From an uncultured Rivularia sp. (GTDB lineage Bacteria > Cyanobacteriota > Cyanobacteriia > Cyanobacteriales > Nostocaceae): a stretch of DNA of 64,000 bases. The translations under genes were made by a program, and so were the position numbers. Under the pieces are notes generated by a model. The model made no database searches and was not told where the DNA came from. It was given only the letters and a program-made list of their open reading frames with translations. Shown in pieces: positions 9,961 to 24,300 of the stretch; positions within the stretch are counted from its first letter, which is position 1, and every line of letters starts with the position of its first letter. The stretch covers positions 288,001-352,000 of the forward strand of contig OY762007.1 of the NCBI GenBank assembly GCA_963665115.1, written 5' to 3'.

Positions 9961-10395
9961 TACTCATTCTTAACTCCTAACTATTCTCAATTCCCAATGC
10001 CCAATGCTCAAAATTACTGGTATATAGTAAGCCACACTTGTAGTTAAGAGCTGCTAACATACATCTTTGCGGGGATGTAAAAAGGACACGCTTGCTAATT
10101 CTGGTTGTGATGGGAGAAATTCTGTGTCAATCAAAACCTTCTGATACTGGCAGCTTTGGGGGTGACAGGCTTAAATTGCTTGCCAATATAACTTGGTGAA
10201 GATACTGACGAAAAATGGGTGGCAATTTTAATAACAATGTGAGTTTTTACTTTCTCCTGTAAAAATACGGGTAAAATATTGTTTATCATTACCATTAAGA
10301 CCCTTAGTTATTGCATAATAGATAAATTAAAGTAAACACATAACCTGCGAAGAGGGTGTATACTACTTACTTTCCTGTAATTCTTGATTTTGTAA

Positions 10396-11319
<924 letters not shown>

Positions 11320-11411
11320 TAAATCAGCAGTCATAAAAACGACTGCCTCTAACTGCCAATTTTTCAATCCTAGCAAAAATACGTCTAAAGATACAATTGA
11401 ATAAAAAATTT

Positions 11412-11450
11412 AGGTTGGGTTTACTCGCTGTGCAAACCCGACCTGTTTTT
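11412..11450 (+). terminator. Probable intrinsic terminator / REP-like hairpin after hetR
   Basis: aggttgggttt...aaacccgacct followed by a T-run. Confidence 0.55.
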
Positions 11451-11464
11451 TGGAAGTAGGGAGT

Positions 11465-11641
11465 AGGGAGTTATAAGTTAGAGGTTAAGAGTTGTAAGTA
11501 GCTGGTAAATTAAACTTTTTACTCACTACTCTTTACTCACTACTCTTTACTCACTACTCTTTACTCACTACTCTTTACTCACTACTCTTTACTCACTACT
11601 CTTTACTCACTACTTTTAAAATTTCCCCCAATCTCCCCATC
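11465..11641 (-). repeat. Composite STRR-type repeat with 7 tandem 14-bp units (tttactcactactc), right arm of inverted pair around hetR
   Basis: Units at 11518-11614 read directly; flanks match 9862-9960 in reverse complement. Confidence 0.85.
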
Positions 11642-11649
11642 TTCTGACT

Positions 11650-12260
11650 CTACCGAATCGGAGTAGTTTCAAAAGTAGGGCTAAATCCCTCAGAAGGAGG
11701 AGCAGGGGGTACTCCTAGTCCGGGTGTTGATAAAGGTACAACGTTGCTGATTCTGTCACTAGCGTCAATACAACTTTCCATAGCTTGTGTGGGTGAAAAA
11801 TCGATTTCAGAACGCAAACCTACAACACATTTACCAAATTCAACTGGTAGTAAACTACGATTGCAGTAACTTAAAATAGCTGGATTAACTGTTTCCTGAC
11901 TTGTGGTGCCGATGCCAACAACACAAGTTGCTAAATCATTAGGACGACGTGCCTGTCCGCAAAAAGCAAGAGAATCTGTCGCCGGAATTTGAGTTCTTCG
12001 CTGAATTTTACCTACACATGAAGATACTTCTTTAGGTCTAAGTGAAGCCGCACAAGCATTACTAACAGCTTCCGCAGGAATGCCTACACTTAAAAGACGC
12101 GCTGCACATACGCGATATTCATTTTGATTTCTTCTAAAAGGATTCTTGATGGCATTACTAGGTAAAGCCATCCCCAAAATCCCAGCCATAGCCAATACTG
12201 GTGCTGTTAATTTAGCCGAGAATTTAAATAATTTAAAATCGAAGGGCAGTTCAGAAAGCA
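11650..12260 (-). CDS. Exported Cys-repeat hypothetical protein
   Basis: Signal-like hydrophobic stretch then repeated C...RP....CV units; ATG at 12260 preferred over the upstream GTG. Confidence 0.7.
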
Positions 12261-12523
12261 TTTTTGTTTCACAATCTACAGAAACCGAAACCTTTAACCT
12301 TGCCGAAACGACGAAATAGCATGGAAATTCTCCAAACACCTTTGTGTAATGCTATCTCATTTTTTAGGCATGAGAATTGGTAATTGGTAATTGGTAATTG
12401 GTAATTGGCAGCAAAGTCAAATTTTTACCTATTAGCCATTACCCCATTCCATATTCTTCATTCCGCCTCTATAATGTTATGTCTGTGAGTAAAATTTGAA
12501 AGGATTTAATTAAGGGAGCGATA

Positions 12524-13132
12524 ATGTCCCGATATAGAGGACCTAGATTAAGAATTACACGCCGCCTGGGTGAATTACCTGGATTAAGCCGTAAAACTGC
12601 TAGACGTGCTTATCCCCCCGGACAGCACGGTCAAAACCGTAAGAAGCGCTCTGAGTACGCTATCCGTTTGGAGGAAAAGCAAAAGCTCAAGTTTAATTAC
12701 GGTTTAACTGAAAAGCAAATGGTGCGTTATATCCGTAAGGCAAGACGAGTAACTGGCTCTACCGGACAAATATTGTTACAAATGCTTGAAATGCGTTTGG
12801 ATAACACCGTTTTCCGCTTGGGAATGGCTCCAACTATCCCCGCAGCACGTCAATTAGTTAATCACGGACATGTTCAAGTAAACGGTCGCGAAGTTAACAT
12901 TGCTAGCTACCAATGTCGTCCCGGAGATGTCATCGGAGTTAAAAATAAAGACGCTTCCAAGCAGTTGGTAGAAACCAATTTGCAATATCCCGGCTTAGCA
13001 AACCTTCCCAGCCATTTAGAGTTTGATAAAAACTCAATGGTTGGTAAAGTAAATGGTCTTTGCGAACGCGAGTGGGTAGCTTTGAGCGTTAATGAACTGC
13101 TAGTAGTGGAATATTACTCAAGAAAAGCTTAA
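12524..13132 (+). CDS. rpsD: 30S ribosomal protein S4
   Basis: [42 protein letters not shown]. Confidence 0.99.
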   Translation: MSRYRGPRLRITRRLGELPGLSRKTARRAYPPGQHGQNRKKRSEYAIRLEEKQKLKFNYGLTEKQMVRYIRKARRVTGSTGQILLQMLEMRLDNTVFRLGMAPTIPAARQLVNHGHVQVNGREVNIASYQCRPGDVIGVKNKDASKQLVETNLQYPGLANLPSHLEFDKNSMVGKVNGLCEREWVALSVNELLVVEYYSRKA

Positions 13133-13256
13133 CAATTTTGGATTTTGGATTTTAGATTTTGCAACTTAAAATCTAATCCAAAATCTGAAAGCTTATTCAA
13201 AGGGGATAGAGAATTGAAAAAAGAACTTTTAAGCTTGACCTTTTGTATTGCCATAA

Positions 13257-13820
13257 ATGAACAATTCATTACTTTTAAAAATGATATCAAGTTTGATTCT
13301 ACAACTTGGTATCATTTTAGTTTTATCTAGCTGTCAGCAATTAGATAAAGCTGAATCTGAAGTTTCAACTCAAGTTAACCAAAATACCAAGCGAGAAATC
13401 AAACCAGTTATAGAAAACTATATTCAAAGTGAAAAATTTATCAAAGATTTTTTTAGCTCGACCTCTATAAACGGTAAAATATTTTGTTCTTATCATTTTT
13501 TTAGTGCCGATCAAAAAAATAAAAATACTATTAATGCATATCTATGGTTACTTTGCGATGAGTATAATAGTAAATTAAAAACAGGTTCCGGTACCAGGGT
13601 TCCGATTGTTACGATGCTGAAAAAGCAAGAAAATAACTATCAAGTAATTAACCATCAATATCCAAGAAATGGTAGTTTTTACCAACAAGATGTAAAAAAG
13701 CTGTTTCCTGCTGATATTTACGAACAGATATTTAGATTCAATTCCGAACAACTCAAAATAATTAACAATTTGAATCGGGAAAATATTAGAAAAGCCGAAG
13801 CGTATTTTAATAAAATGTAG
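13257..13820 (+). CDS. Hypothetical lipoprotein
   Basis: Lipobox LSSC after a hydrophobic stretch; stop codon coincides with a GTAG repeat. Confidence 0.65.
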   Translation: MNNSLLLKMISSLILQLGIILVLSSCQQLDKAESEVSTQVNQNTKREIKPVIENYIQSEKFIKDFFSSTSINGKIFCSYHFFSADQKNKNTINAYLWLLCDEYNSKLKTGSGTRVPIVTMLKKQENNYQVINHQYPRNGSFYQQDVKKLFPADIYEQIFRFNSEQLKIINNLNRENIRKAEAYFNKM

Positions 13821-13842
13821 AGACGTAGCAATGCTACGTCTC
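13817..13842 (+). repeat. REP-like GTAG palindrome family gtagagacgtagca.tgctacgtct (variants near 2945, 18102, 18216, 27169, 35750, 50474, 54454, 61381, 61465)
   Basis: Repeated intergenic hairpin preceded by GTAG, read directly at each site. Confidence 0.85.
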
Positions 13843-14029
13843 CGTTGCATCTAGTACACCCAACTAGATAATTGCTTTAATTATGCGGATTCAACCTGAA
13901 CTTTAGCCACGAAATCATTGAAATTGTTGTCCTATCCGAACGACGAATCGAACCCATATTGGACTACAAATGACTACAAATTTGATTAAACTTATAGCCA
14001 TCTGCCGTCTTTAATATCTAAGCTCTCAA

Positions 14030-16463
14030 TTAACCAACAAGTTCAATATTTTGGAATTGTCCAATTGCTGTTGGATTTGCTACATCGTGGTCGTTACCGA
14101 TAGTTAAGAAGTCAAATTGACCTGTAAATAAATCCCCTACAGCAATGGAATATTGTGTGAATCCGTTGTCAGAACCAACAATATAATCATCTAAGTCTTC
14201 CATACCCCAACTTTGGCTACCATCAACTTGGAAGAAACTGCCCACTATCCTGTTGATTAATAACATTATCATTGTCGAAGCCAATACCTTGAATTTCACC
14301 TTTACCGTTACCTGCAAAGTCAAATTTGAGTAAAGTATCCTCGGTGACTTCATAGCCGGTTATATCCAAGCGTTTCCAACCGTTCTTTTCTAGCTGCAAT
14401 TTATTATCATTACTAACTGTTGAAATTATGCTGGTGTTTTGACTTGCACCACCGTAGGATAGAATTTTTTGACTTTCAGTTACTCCATTGATGGAAATAT
14501 CAAGTGAATCGGGAGTCTCTTCAGGTGTATCAACCGAATCGGGAGTACCTTCAAATATCTTAATATTGCTGAATGTACTTTCAGCGTCGGGGTTAGCTCG
14601 ATCGTCATCGTTAGCAATTGTCAGGAAGTCGAAATCCCCGGTGAAGAATTTACCAACTGGAATTTCATAAATATCTTTGTCACCCGATCTACCAACAATG
14701 AATTTACTGAGATTTTTAATACCCCAGCTTTGGCTACCATCAACTTGGAAGAAATTCCCTGCATCAGGTTTGCTACTAATCACATTATCATTATCGAAAC
14801 CAAGACCTTGAATTTCACCATTCCCGTTACTCGCGAACTCAAAGCGTAAAACGGTATCTTTTGTGATAGTAGAGTTAATTTCAAGTCTCTGCCAACGGTT
14901 CCCGCTCAAATTAAGTTCATTATCAGAGGATATCTCAACAGTTCCATCATTGGGATTGTCTTGACTTCCACCATAGGATTCAAGTGCGTTGACGAAGGAA
15001 ATAACATCTCCTTGAGTAGGAGTTTCGTCTCCACCAGTATTTACAGGAGTTTCATCTCCTGGTGTAGCTGGTTCGGTTCCGGGAGCTACATCCGAACCAC
15101 CAATCACAATCAGATAACCGTCGTTCTTACCACCTGCACTATCTTGTATGGCATTGTGAGTAATTTGACCTTTTTCAAAATCAGTAGTTGTGACAACTGC
15201 TGTTTTTCCGTCGCGAAATGCAGCTACAGCTCCATCACTATCTGTAATTGGTGTCCATGAACGTCTTTCTTTCAAATCTGGACTGATGACTGCAAGATAT
15301 CCCTCAAAACCAGCATACTTATTTACAGCTTGTCCTTCTATAGTCTGTACGTCTCGGTTTGCAATTCTAGCTCCTGCCGCTCCGGCTAAAATTACGGTAC
15401 CGTCTTCTGTTGCTGTAATTGAATCTACATCTACGGAGTTACCTTTACCATTACTCAGACGACCTAATAAAGATTGACCTTTAACTAAATCGCCAGTTTT
15501 GAGGTCATAACGACCATACCAAGTCATCTTAATCGAATTAACGTTGGTGGGACTGTTATATTTGTCTGTTTCGATTTTGCGATCGCCACTAACTTTCTCT
15601 GATAAATCGAAAGGATCTCGATAGAAAATAGAGAAGCCGGTACCACCATTGACAAAGTATGAAGAATATAGCTGTCCGTCGCGTCCGATAGCTACACGCT
15701 GTCCCCGCGTATCAGCCATCAAATTTTCTTTGTAGATATCTGTATCATCAAAGTCATAGTTTTTCCAGAGATTTTCTCCTTCATAAGACCATGCTTGAGT
15801 AAAGGCAACCTGTAAAATTCTGGTTTTTTGCTCGAATCCCGTGGCAATAACCATGCCTCCATTTTGGTCAGTTACTGCTATATCGAGAAAATTACGTTTA
15901 CTGTTATCTGTAATCCACTCTTTGAGTTGTTCTCCATTATTGTCAAACAGATGAGCTTTGTCAGGACCTTCTCTATCCCTTACGACACCAACTTTTCCGT
16001 TATCGGAAATAGCAATACGAGCAACATTGCTTAAAGATTTACTCCATTTTACTTGCGTCGCGTCAGAATTTAGTACGGCGATTCCACCCTCGTAAGCGAC
16101 AGCGATGTCACCATTTTTCGATACTTCTAAATCTAATACTTTCCCTGGTAAACGACTTGTAGCAACAGCTTCGTTGGTTTTGGCATTGTAACGGATGATA
16201 GTTCCGTCACCACCACCGAGGAGTTCAGTCTCTTTTCCTCCAAGGTTGGCATTTTTTAAAGAACCTCCTACGATGACGATATTTCCATCAACAGAAATAT
16301 CTACTGCATTGGTAGAATCATCTTCCTTCCCACCTAAATAGGTAGCAGCAGAAACATCTAAATTGTTTGTAGGAGACTGAGGTAGAGCGTTTTTTGATAC
16401 CGACGAGAAGGAATTCTGGCTTTGAAGATTACTATCATCGAGCTTGTTGATTTTAGTAGCCAT
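14030..16463 (-). CDS. Large extracellular-type protein: beta-propeller plus two tandem ~140-aa beta-sandwich repeats (one apparent frameshift near 14242)
   Basis: Repeat motif GEIQG.GFDNDN...FFQVDGSQSWG...VG..FTG.FDFLTI.ND.D.ANP appears twice once ORFs 14223-16463 and 14030-14353 are joined. Confidence 0.7.
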
Positions 16464-16968
16464 TTTTTACTCAGATTTAATGAACTTCCATCGGTAGATA
16501 ACACTGAGTAACTAACCCCCCCCCATTTTTTATCTTTTATACTTCGTAGCTGGGGAATATACGACTACCGTACATTCAATAAAAACCCATATGTCACACC
16601 TTAGTACAGTTTAAAAAGTTGCCACATCAGTATAAAATTAAGTGTTTTATCCTTGCATTTTGCACATATTTTTGATAGCTTAATGCACTTTTTTCACTCA
16701 GACATCAGTGAATCTAATAGTGTTTTTTTTAAGCTTTTTCCAGTGCTTGAGGATACGAATAAATATTTAATTTTGATGACAAAACAAGATTATTCTGTAA
16801 AGTTTCTATCTTATATCGGTAATATTAATTACTTACAAATAGTATGCAGTTATTTGCTTGCCGTAAAAACTTTTAACTTATAAAACTATGTGAAGAAGTT
16901 AGTTAATATCAAGTTCCCTTCGATGTTGTTAGGAATGTAGAATCAAGTTGTTAATCATCCGCATAATC

Positions 16969-17090
16969 GCCCGCAGCCTAGAAGGCTGGGGCTATACAAA
17001 CAAAGCCTACCTTCGTAGGCTAAGAATTCTTATTTTTAGCCTACGAAGGTAGGCTTTGTAATTGTAGTCCCACTCTTATAGAGTGAGGGC
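16969..17090. repeat. REPIN-like doublet (agcctac.ttcgtaggct / cccactcttatagagtgagggc family; relatives at 6836-6884, 25660-25714, 42648-42765)
   Basis: Two inverted composite hairpins; near-identical arms elsewhere in the window. Confidence 0.7.
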
Positions 17091-17104
17091 ATCTAGTAGT
17101 AGTG

Positions 17105-18064
17105 TTACCTCCTACCAAACAACCGATTCAAGAAAGAAATTTTAACTGCACGGTTATCTAATGGTCCCCCATCGAGAGTAAATCTTTCGGCATTATTAAG
17201 AGCGATAATGTAATACTTTCCTTTGATTTGAGCTACAATTGGACCTCCAGAAGAACCTCCGGTGGTATCGCAATCGTGAGATAAGGAACCCGCTTCTTCC
17301 TTAAGAATGCTACAGCCATCATGGACACCAGCAGTCAATCCCTCACCAGCTTCGAGATAAGGAAAAGCTTTTAAAGTTTCACGAGTTGGAAAGTCTTTGG
17401 AGTAGCCTATCATGCGAAACTTTTCTCGATATTTGAGCATGGTTGATGTAGGCAAAGATACCCATCCAAAATGACCGTACTTTTTACCGAGGGGTTTATC
17501 AATTTTGACAACAGCCCAATCGTTTTTAAATGGATTTGCTTCCTTAAAATTCGTACCAGCAATAATTTTTTTGACAACAGCGGTATCATTGTCATCTTTT
17601 GACCTACCGTTGATAACATTAGGTCGGAATTTAATTTCCTTACTAACTTTATGAGTGTAAGGATCGACAACACAATGGGCATTAGTTAAAACAATATCCT
17701 GGGTAATTAAACTTCCCGTACAGTGATATTTTTCTCCATCAGCTTTGACACCTTCAATACGTCCAATCGCAGCCCAAGGATAATCTCTACTCAACATCGG
17801 ACGACGATTATCTAAACCAAAAATTGCTCTATCATCAGAAGGCTTATCAGATTGTTTGATATTCGCAGGTTTAAAAGGCTTACCATCTCCGGTTAGTTGG
17901 ATGCGATCGCCATCTTGAACATTGATAAATTCTGGAGTCGTAGTATTTGGAGATTCCGTTTCTGCTTCTGCTTGATTTGTTGTTAAAGAACCGAAAATTA
18001 ATGCAATCAGAATCGAAGCAATAAAAAAAACGAAAGGTTGTTTTTGGATCTGTTTTTTATTCAT
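17105..18064 (-). CDS. Secreted trypsin-like (V8/glutamyl endopeptidase-type) serine protease
   Basis: Signal peptide; LTNAHC, NDWA, CDTTGGSSGGP catalytic triad motifs. Confidence 0.9.
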   Translation of the reverse strand: MNKKQIQKQPFVFFIASILIALIFGSLTTNQAEAETESPNTTTPEFINVQDGDRIQLTGDGKPFKPANIKQSDKPSDDRAIFGLDNRRPMLSRDYPWAAIGRIEGVKADGEKYHCTGSLITQDIVLTNAHCVVDPYTHKVSKEIKFRPNVINGRSKDDNDTAVVKKIIAGTNFKEANPFKNDWAVVKIDKPLGKKYGHFGWVSLPTSTMLKYREKFRMIGYSKDFPTRETLKAFPYLEAGEGLTAGVHDGCSILKEEAGSLSHDCDTTGGSSGGPIVAQIKGKYYIIALNNAERFTLDGGPLDNRAVKISFLNRLFGRR

Positions 18065-18238
18065 TGGTAATTTTCGGTTTATTGTTCAATAGTGTTTTTG
18101 TGTAGAGACGTAGCACTGCTACGTCTTCCCATATTTTGTTGTCTATCAATAATTTGGTGAAATCGCATAACACACGAAATTAATTCGGTTTATTTGTGGG
18201 GATTTCACATCGGTTGGAGACGTAGCACTGCTACGTCT

Positions 18239-21084
18239 CTACATTCTCCATTCACCTTGGATGGTAAAAGCAGCCCAAGAGTAGGGATTTCGCCATTTCT
18301 GGGTTTGCCACATTTTGATCTGTGCTTCTCTCAATGCTGTAGCTGGCGATTTTCCTTTCTGTAACATTTCTTGAAAAACTGACGCATTAATAACGAAGTC
18401 GCATCATCTTTAACATTCCACAAAGACACGACAACTCTTTCGGCACCCGCATACATTAGTCCTCTTGTCAATCCCACCAATCCTTCACCTTTGACTTCCT
18501 TACCAAGTCCGGTTTTGCAGGCACTTAACACTACCAACTCTGCGGGGAAGTTGAGGTTAAATAATTCGTGTAGTCTTAAAAAACCGGAACTTTGGCGATC
18601 GCCTTGTTTATCTAATAATGACAGTACAATTCCCGATAATTTTGGATCGGTAGGGTGAACAAAACCGTGGGTAGCGAAATGCAAATAACGATAATTGCTA
18701 AGTTGTTTTTGAGTAGCCCAGTTGTAGTTGGCATCAAAATCAAAGGCTTTGAGGCTGTTTTCGGGTGATACTAGTTTGAGAATTTCTTCTGCTTCTTTAC
18801 GGGTATTTGGGAGAGCATGAATTTCATTAAGATTAAAGTTTCTCAACGAACTTCGTAAGGCTTCTACGTCAATATCATCAATATTATTACTCGAACTATC
18901 AGTTTTACCAGTTACTCGTTTATCATCTTTGTGAAATACCGGATCTGCAAGAACTGCTAAAGTTTTAGGTGCGATGGGGCGTTGTGCGGTTTCTTTTCTG
19001 AGAATGTCGATGGTTGATGCTGATGGTAGATGAACGATTTCGTGGTTGATTAACAGAGGTTGGTAATTAATATCTCTCTGTTCTAACTGGTTTCTAGCCT
19101 CTGGCTGGGAATCCTTTGTATAGAGGCTCTGCCTCTGCTCAGAATTTAAATCGGCAAGTGCAGCAAAAGGAATATATTGCAAAGCATCATCACCGACAAT
19201 TACCAAGCGTTTTTTACCAAGTTTATCTGCAACGGGTGCAAGGATAAGTTTACTAAGCTCGGTAGCAGCTTTACCCGTTTCTTGTGGCGAAACACCTTGC
19301 ATTGAAGGATCTTGCAAAAGATTTCTTAATTTATTCGCAGTTTCTTCTATTTGTTGGCTTTTGGGTAATTCGTAACTATCGAGGGAATCTGGAGTTACTT
19401 TCCATAGATAGCTGCGTTTTTCACCCAAGGAATATTGTAAAAGTACGGTGTCTTTATCTAATTGTTGCTGGATTTTAGGTAAGTTAAGAGGTTCGGGATA
19501 TTTCAGCGCTGCGTATTTGGGGCTGGTGGTTTTGATTTTGGCTTTTAATTGATTGAGTTCGTTGATATGGTTTTGAACTTCTTTTTTATATCTTTGTGCA
19601 GCGTCTTTTGAAATTAAATTATCACTTTTATTTTTGTCGCTAACTGTCTCAAGTCTTAATTTTTCTTTGGAATTGATTAATTGTTGCAACCGCTTTTCTT
19701 GAGCTACAAGTTCAGGGTTTACACCTTTACGAATATCGGCATTTGCTTCGGTTAATAGTTCTAAAAGTCCGCGAGCGCGAGATTTTTCGCTGGCTGCAAG
19801 TGCTTGAGCATCGTATCCGAGAGATGGATTTTGCTTGTGTAGCTGCATCAAGATATCGATGTGGAGTTTGTAGATATCCTGTACTGTGGCGAAGTAGGAT
19901 GTACGTAACTCGTTGCTGTCTACTTTGGTGCGGAGGTTTTCGATGATATCTACTGCGGCTTTGCTGTTGGTGAGAGCGGTTTGGAGATTGCCGTTATCTC
20001 GGTGTGTTTTAGCAATGTTGTGAAGGGTTATTGCTTCTCCATTTTTATCCTCAACTTCTCGGTTTAAAGGCAATGCTTGCTTATAGAATTCTAGAGCTTG
20101 CTTTTTATCTTCTAAAAGAAAGTGGACAGTACCAAGATTATTACGAGTTATTGCTTCTCCGCTTTTATCCCCTATTTCTTTTCTTAGACGTAATGCTTGA
20201 TTTAGTTTTTCAAGTGATTTCTTAAAATTTACTAAATCCTTGTAAACAAAACCAATATTATTAAGAGTTGCTGCTTCAGCATTCTTATCGTTAACTTCTT
20301 GGCTTAAAGATAACGCTTGATTGTAGAAATTAAGCGCTTTCTGCTTATCTCCAAATGAATCGTATATACCAGCAATATTATTTCGAGTTTTCGCTTCCCC
20401 ACTTTTATCTTTAACTTTCTGCATTAGAGGTAATGCTTGATTATAAAATTTGAGTGCTTGCTGAAAATCTCCTAAATCCTTGTAAACAAAACCAATATTA
20501 CTTAGAGTTGTTGCTTTTTGAGCTTCATCCTCAATTGAGCCATTTAAAGGTAAAATTTGCAAAGCTTGATTATAGGATTTGAGTGCTTCTTTTCTGTTTC
20601 CCAAATCGTTATGGACTTTACCAAGATTATTTAAGATTGTTGCTCTTTCACTTTTATCCCCAGTTGAACTATTTAATTGTAATGCTTGTTCGTAGAACTT
20701 CTGTGATTGCTGCTTATCTCCTAAATCGTCGTAAATACGACCAATACCAAGCACAATAGTAGTTTGCCATCTTTTATCCTCTACCTTCTGCCATAGAAAA
20801 AGCGCTTTCTCCCATTTACTTATAGCCTGCTTTAGCGATTGCAATGTTCCCTGATTAAATAATTGCATCCCCTCAATAGACAACCTTTGTGCCTCTACAC
20901 GAAGCACCTCTCTATTTTCAGTGTCAGTCACACTCTGCTGCTGCGCTATCTCCACTCCCACGCTTTTCGGAATCGCACTTACCGATTCTCCAATCAAGAC
21001 AATACCAAGCAATGCACTCAAACTGAAACGCGCTAAATTGCGTATGACAAACCGCGAATAATTGTCTTTTTTAAGTTCTTTCAT
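18239..21084 (-). CDS. Exported TPR-CHAT (caspase-like) protein, copy 1, 7 TPR units; 1-nt deletion near 18375
   Basis: LHFATHG and VVLSACKTG His/Cys motifs; comparison with copy 2 restores C-terminus ...NPYSWAAFTIQGEWRM*. Confidence 0.85.
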
Positions 21085-21308
21085 ATTTTTATACAGGTAA
21101 ATCAAAGTATCTGAAATCAACTAAAGTTAGATCAGCATCAAATTTGAATCAAATAGAATTTAGGCACCCTTGAATATAGCTGTATACATATATCGTTATT
21201 TGTAAGCAATTTTACGCAAATACGCTTATTATTCTATATGTTTTTCAAATATTATGATTGCTGAAAGCTGTATTGACATTTTCTATACAAAGAGATATAA
21301 ATTCTCAT

Positions 21309-24300
21309 TTACTTCCATTCACCCTGAATCGTAAAAGCAGCCCAAGAGTAGGGATTTCGCCATTTCTGGGTTTGCCACATTTTGATCTGTGCTTCTCTTA
21401 ATGCAGTTGCTGGCGATTTTCCTTGCTGCAACATTTCTTGATAAAACTGACGCATTAATAACGAAGTGGCATCATCTTTAACATTCCACAAAGACACGAC
21501 AACTCTTTCGGCACCCGCATACATTAGTCCTCTTGTCAATCCCACCAATCCTTCGCCTTTGACTTCCTTACCAAGTCCGGTTTTGCAGGCACTTAACACT
21601 ACCAACTCTGCGGGGAAGTTGAGGTTAAATAATTCGTGTAGTCTTAAAAAACCGGAACTTTGGCGATCGCCTTGTTTATCTAATAATGACAGTACAATTC
21701 CCGATAATTTTGGATCGGTAGGGTGAACAAAACCGTGGGTAGCGAAATGCAAATAACGATAATTGCTAAGTTGTTTTTGAGTAGCCCAGTTGTAGTTGGC
21801 ATCAAAATCAAAGGCTTTGAGGCTGTTTTCGGGTGATACTAGTTTGAGAATTTCTTCTGCTTCTTTACGGGTATTTGGGAGAGCATGAATTTCATTAAGA
21901 TTAAAGTTTCTCAACGAACTTCGTAAGGCTTCTACGTCAATATCATCAATATTATTACTCGAACTATCAGTTTTACCAGTTACTCGTTTATCATCTTTGT
22001 GAAATACCGGATCTGCAAGAAACTGCTAAAGTTTTAGGTGCGATGGGGCGTTGTGCGGTTTCTTTTCTGAGAATGTCGATGGTTGATGCTGATGGTAGAT
22101 GAACGATTTCATGGTTGATTAATAGGGGTTGGTAATTAATATCTCTCTGTTCTAACTGGTTTCTAGCCTCTGGCTGGGAATCCTTTGTATAGAGGCTCTG
22201 CCTCTGCTCAGAATTTAAATCGGCAAGTGCGGCAAAAGGAATATACTGCAAAGCATCATCACCAACAATTACCAAGCGTTTTTTACCAAGTTTATCTGCA
22301 ACGGGTGCAAGGATAAGTTTACTAAGCTCGGTAGCAGCTTTACCCGTTTCTTGTGGCGAAACACCTTGCATTGAAGGATCTTGCAAAAGATTTCTTAATT
22401 TATTCGCAGTTTCTTCTATTTGTTGGCTTTTGGGTAATTCGTAACTATCGAGGGAATCTGGAGTTACTTTCCATAGATAGCTGCGTTTCTCACCCAAGGA
22501 ATATTGTAAAAGTACGGTTTCTTTATCTAATTGCTGCTGAATTTTGTTTAAGTTTAAAGGTTCGGGATATTTCAGCGCTGCGTATTTGGGATTGCTAGTT
22601 TTGATTTTGGCTTGAAGTTGATTGAGTTCGTTGATATGGTTTTGAACTTCTTTTTTAAATCTTTGTACGGCAGCTTTAGAAATCAAGTCATTACTTTTAT
22701 TCTTATCGCTGAGTATATCAAGTCGTAATTTCTCTTTTGAATTGATTAATTGTTGTAAGTTCTTTTCTTGAGCTACAAGTTGCGGATTTACACCTTTACG
22801 AATATCGGCATTTGCTTCGGTTAATAATTCTAAAAGTCCTCTAGCGCGAGATTTTTCGCTGGCTGCAAGTGCTTGAGCATCGTATCCGAGAGATGGATTT
22901 TGCTTGTGTAGCTGCATCAAGATATCGATGTGGAGTTTGTAGATATCCTGTACTGTGGCGAAGTAGGATGTACGTAACTCGTTGCTATCTACTTTGGTGC
23001 GGAGGTTTTCAATAATATCGACTGCGGCTTTGCTGTTGGTGAGGGCTTTTTGGAGATTACCTTGTTCTATATATGTAGTGGCTATGTTGCGAAGGATTGT
23101 TGCTTCCCTTTGTTTATATCCAATTGAGCGTGCTAAAGGTAATGCTTGATTATGGAATTTGAGCGCACGCTGGTTGTCTCCTAATGAGTTGTAGACTCTA
23201 CCAATATTAGTTAAAGTTGTTGCTTCTCCATCTTTATCCCCAACTTCCCGGCTCAACGGTAATGATTGGTTATAGTGTTTTAAAGCTTGCTGGTTGTTTC
23301 CTAAATTGAAGTAAACTTTACCAATATTGTTGAGGGTTGTTGCTTGTCCACTTTTATCCCCAATTTTTTGCTGTAGAGGTAATGCTTGATTGTAGAATTT
23401 AAGGGCTTGATGCTTCTCTTCTAAATCATCGTAAACAGCACCAATATTATTAAGAGTTGTTGCTTCCATAAACTTATATTCAACTTCGCGGCTTAGAAGT
23501 AATGCTTGGTTAAAGAAATTAAGCGCACGTTGCTTGTCTCCTAAATCCGAGTAAACAGTACCAATATTACTTAGTGTTGTTGCTTCTCCACTTTTATCCC
23601 CAACTTTGCGCTTTAAAGCTAATGCTTGATTGTAGTATTTAAGTGCTTCCTGCTTGTCTCCTAAATCCGAGTAGGTATAACCAATATTGTTGAGGGTTGT
23701 TGCTTCTCCACTTTTATTCCCAACTTCGCGGCTTAAAAGTAAAGCTTGGTTATAGTATTTAAAAGCTTGCTGAATGTCTCCTAACTCTCGATAGACACTA
23801 CCAATATTATTAATGCCAAATGCTTCCCCGTCTTTATCCCCAATTTTCCGGTATAAAGATAACGATTGGTTGTAGAGTTTAAGTGCTTGCTGTTTGTCTC
23901 CTAATAAATCGTAGATACCACCAATATTATTGAGGGTTGTTGCTTCGCCACTTTTATCTTCAACTTCGCGGCTTAGAAGTAATGCTTGATTGTAGAGTTT
24001 GAGTGCTTGCTGCTTGTCTCCTAAATCCGAGTAAACTTTACCAATATTGTTGAGGGTTGTTGCTTCTCCACTTTTATCCTCAACTAAACGCAATAGAGTC
24101 AATGCTTGGTTATAGAATTCAAGTGCTTGACGCTTTTTTCCTAAATCTGAGTAAACTTTACTAATATTGTTAAGGGTTATTGCTTCTCGACTTTTATCCT
24201 CAATTTCTCGACTTAAAAGTAATGATTGGTTGTAATATTTGAGTGCTTGCTGCTTATCTCCCCATATATCGTATACATAACCAATATTAACTAAAGTAGT

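Noticed and set aside
11518..11614. Possible CRISPR array (regular repeats after hetR)
   Set aside because: Contiguous 14-bp tandem units with no spacers and no cas genes; STRR-type repeat.
18239..23050. DGR template/variable repeat pair in the duplicated CHAT regions
   Set aside because: No reverse transcriptase in the window; the differences are mostly synonymous and not adenine-specific; both copies are coding.
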